DNA of 64,000 bases from Trueperaceae bacterium (GTDB lineage: Bacteria; Deinococcota; Deinococci; Deinococcales; Trueperaceae), in contig OZ243927.1 in the NCBI GenBank assembly GCA_965213925.1, positions 4,520,498 to 4,584,497 of the forward strand, written 5' to 3'. The position numbers were made by a program, and so were the translations under genes. Each line of letters starts with the position of its first letter. Position 1 is the first letter of the stretch. Positions 61,445 through 64,000 of this stretch are shown here, piece after piece. The notes beneath the pieces are model-generated. The model had not been told where the DNA came from. It ran no database searches and was given only the letters and a program-made list of their open reading frames with translations.

Positions 61445-62547
61445 CCGTCGTGGCGTCCTCAACTTTAGAAGAAATCGTCTCCCTCTTAAAACGCATCTGC
61501 GAAGTGCCTGCGCCGACCTTTGCAGAAGAGGAGAGAGGTCGGTTATTGGAGCAGCTTTTAGCAGAAACAGGTCTTTCACCGCAGGTGGACGAAGTCGGTA
61601 ACGTCACCGCGCGTTTGCCTGGTGGAACGGGGCCGCGGGTGCTCGTCGCCGCGCACCTCGATACCGTTTTCGACGCTGACGTAGATGTGAGCGTACGGGA
61701 AGAAAACGGACGCTTGAGCGCTCCTGGTATCGGCGACAACAGCGCGAGCTTAGCGGTCTTGGTGCGCTTCGTGCAGCAGGTCATGGCGGGCGAACATGAA
61801 CAGAGACCCCGCCTCACCGTCGCGGCGACCGTAGGCGAGGAGGGTTTAGGCGACCTCTACGGGATGCGTCACCTTATGGAGACAAAGGCGGGTGAGTTCG
61901 ACTTCGCTATTGCTTTGGACGGACACCTAGGCGCACTCATCAACGGCTCGGTGGGCTCGAAGCGCTACGAGGTGCGTTTTTCGGCGGCGGGCGGGCACTC
62001 CTGGGGTGACTTTCCTAGCCCGAGCGCGGTTCACGCCCTGGGCAGCGCGGTTCACGCCCTGAATCAACTCACGCTGAGCGAGCAGCCGCGCAGTTCGTAT
62101 AACGTCGGGCAGGTGTGGGGCGGCACAAGTATCAACGCCATCGCGCAGAAAGCGGGTTTCAACCTCGACTTGCGAAGCAAAGATAAGGACGTGTTGGAGC
62201 GGCTCGAGCAAGACGCTCTAAAACGCATCACCAAAGCAGCGAAGAAACACAGCGTGGAGCTAGAGACCAAGCTCGTCGGCGACAGACCCGCCGCGAACGT
62301 CCCGAACGAACCCCTTGTCAGAGCTGCCAGAGACGCGCTCAGCGCGGTGAACGTGCGCACTCGCCTAGCGGCGAGCAGCACCGACGCGAACGCGGCGATG
62401 GCGGCGGGGCTGCCTGCCGTTGCCTTCGGCGTGTACCGTGGCGGCGACGCGCACCGTCTGAGCGAGTGGTTAGAGACTCAGTCGCTGGTGACGGGCTATC
62501 AAGCGCTCGTGAAATTTATGGAGAACTTGAGCACCTTAGGTGAATGA
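61441..62547 (+). CDS. M20/M25/M40 metallopeptidase
   Basis: AAHLDTVF, GIGDN, GEEGLGDL, GGHSW, SSTDAN, DAH; start ATG 61441. Confidence 0.9.
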   Translation: MTVVASSTLEEIVSLLKRICEVPAPTFAEEERGRLLEQLLAETGLSPQVDEVGNVTARLPGGTGPRVLVAAHLDTVFDADVDVSVREENGRLSAPGIGDNSASLAVLVRFVQQVMAGEHEQRPRLTVAATVGEEGLGDLYGMRHLMETKAGEFDFAIALDGHLGALINGSVGSKRYEVRFSAAGGHSWGDFPSPSAVHALGSAVHALNQLTLSEQPRSSYNVGQVWGGTSINAIAQKAGFNLDLRSKDKDVLERLEQDALKRITKAAKKHSVELETKLVGDRPAANVPNEPLVRAARDALSAVNVRTRLAASSTDANAAMAAGLPAVAFGVYRGGDAHRLSEWLETQSLVTGYQALVKFMENLSTLGE

Positions 62548-62565
62548 AACTTCCTCTCGGATACG

Positions 62566-63039
62566 CTAACCCCGCCCTCTCGTTTTCCTTGCAGTAAGCG
62601 CGAGCTTGTCGACTAGCTCGTTCTCCGCGTGCCCCGCGTGCCCTTTCGTCCACTCCCAGTGGAGCGTGTGCATCCGGGCGAGGTCTAAAAGCTCGAGCCA
62701 AAGGTCCTTATTTTTGACGGGCTGCTTGCTCGCCGTACGCCAGCCGTTGCGCTGCCAGTTGTCTAACCAGCCCGCCGTGAACGCCTTTTTGAGATACTGC
62801 GAGTCTGTTACGAGCGTCACCTCGCAGGGTTCTTTGAGCGCCTCTAACGCCTCCACCGCGGCGGAGAGTTCCATGCGGTTGTTCGTGGTGTCCGCTTCGT
62901 AGCCCGAGTCGGTCTTTCTCGCATCACCGTAGACGAGCAAGTAGCCCCAACCGCCCTCTTTGGAGCCCGTGTCACATGAACCGTCGGTGAAGATGCGGAC
63001 TTGTTTTCTAGTCTGTACTGCAGAGTCTGTACGTGCCAT
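62566..63039 (-). CDS. rnhA: ribonuclease HI
   Basis: FTDGSC, TTNNRMEL, TDSQY, VKNKDLW, KGHAG, NELVD. Confidence 0.96.
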   Translation of the reverse strand: MARTDSAVQTRKQVRIFTDGSCDTGSKEGGWGYLLVYGDARKTDSGYEADTTNNRMELSAAVEALEALKEPCEVTLVTDSQYLKKAFTAGWLDNWQRNGWRTASKQPVKNKDLWLELLDLARMHTLHWEWTKGHAGHAENELVDKLALTARKTRGRG

Positions 63040-63198
63040 AAGGTGAGTGTAACAGTCTTAGGGGAACGAATTGAAAGTGGGGGAGAAGCTGATTGCGCAA
63101 AGGGGTCGTCAGTAGAAAGGGGTCAGAATTCAGCCTTTTCTCCTACGCCAACTACTGGATTCTGACCCCTGATTTCTATAAATGCTAACAGCCAACCC

Positions 63199-63999
63199 CT
63201 ACGCCGCATTCGCTAGCGGCGTCTCGCGCCAACGTTCTTTCACGCTTTCAGCGAGTTCGCTCGGTAAGTTGGGCTCCAGGCGCGTCCACAGTCCCGCCGC
63301 TTTTTGCCGCGTGCGGGCGTCGCACGCGGGGTGACGCAAGACGAGCACGAGCAGCTCTAGGGCGCGCTCCGCGTGTCCTTGGCGCGTTAAGCGCTCGGCG
63401 AGTTCGGCGATGGCGAAGAGCGCGACGTCGGCGTCGGGGACGCGCTTGGCGATGAGGAGCGTGTCGCCCCTGTCAGCTGAGCCCGCGACGGTCAGAAGCC
63501 GCGCGTCGGCGCTACCAAGTAGATGGATGAGTTCTTCTAACTGCGCCTCTTGGTCGCTCGGCAGGGCGCGGTCCGTGCTGCGGCGTCCGTAAGAGCGCTT
63601 GACCTCGCGTTTCTCGAGCGGTCCAGAGAGCCGAATCGTCTCGATAAGCTGGGCGGTTTCTTCCAAAGGCTCCAAACCGAGTTCTTGCGCTAAACCCTCG
63701 CGAAAGCGCTCCGCGACCTCGAGTGCCGTCTCCCGCTGACCGCTCAGGTATGCATTCCGCAAAAAGCTCCCTAGTGCGTCCTCAGCGAAACTGTCGGTGT
63801 CCAGGAGGTTCTTGGCGACGTTCGCCGCCTTGCGGTGCTGCCCCGAACTCTCCAAGTCCGCCGCGTAGTGCAGCGAGGCGTCCTTCCAAAGCTCTTCTAA
63901 GGTTTCGCGCTCCAAGCTGAGCCACGCGTCGTAGCTCGGCGAACTCGCCGCGCTGACCCCGGCTAAGAACGCGCCGCCGTAAAGCTGCGTCGCTTCGAA
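63199..63999 (-). CDS. 3' part of a BTAD-domain (SARP/AfsR-like) regulator; frame open to the window edge
   Basis: LYGGAFLAG...YDAWLSLERE, LAQELGLEPLEET, then a degenerate NB-ARC start and a TPR-like tail. Confidence 0.75.
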   Translation of the reverse strand, partial: FEATQLYGGAFLAGVSAASSPSYDAWLSLERETLEELWKDASLHYAADLESSGQHRKAANVAKNLLDTDSFAEDALGSFLRNAYLSGQRETALEVAERFREGLAQELGLEPLEETAQLIETIRLSGPLEKREVKRSYGRRSTDRALPSDQEAQLEELIHLLGSADARLLTVAGSADRGDTLLIAKRVPDADVALFAIAELAERLTRQGHAERALELLVLVLRHPACDARTRQKAAGLWTRLEPNLPSELAESVKERWRETPLANAA

Positions 64000-64000
64000 C

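Overview
GC-rich bacterial chromosomal window, most likely Deinococcota (Truepera-like). This is inferred from the LysW-type lysine pathway, a Thermus PilF-like multi-MshEN PilB, many leaderless TANNNT-N6-8-ATG promoters and strong enrichment of CTCGAG. Bases 1-4.5 kb are a decayed mobile region: an ISL3 3' end, two IS1-family remnants, MITEs and gene fragments. Bases 4.5-14.2 kb hold an unusual MacB/FtsX-type ABC operon with six tandem permeases in strict A-B-A-B-A-B order, one membrane-fusion protein and one ATPase. Bases 14.9-26.4 kb are mostly housekeeping (bshA, tsaD, rsmC-like, thrB, nnr, GT2, MMPL, one large unknown). Bases 26.5-40.7 kb carry a colinear alpha-aminoadipate/LysW lysine cluster (hcs-lysT-lysU-lysW-lysX-lysY-lysZ-lysJ-lysK) interleaved with about 11 passenger genes, and lysZ and lysK overlap toxin/antitoxin genes in a way that suggests translational coupling. 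The remainder includes GGCT, an APH-family kinase, Uma2, oxidoreductases, a deaminase, a khtTU-like antiporter, yqeG-pilB-pilT, an ATPase-less peptide ABC operon with an arginase-family gene, an ABC exporter, hsp20 with a HAIR operator, a response regulator/small Cys protein/M20 operon, rnhA and a collapsed BTAD regulator. No rRNA, tRNA or CRISPR array was seen. All family calls are by motif recognition; no database searches were run.
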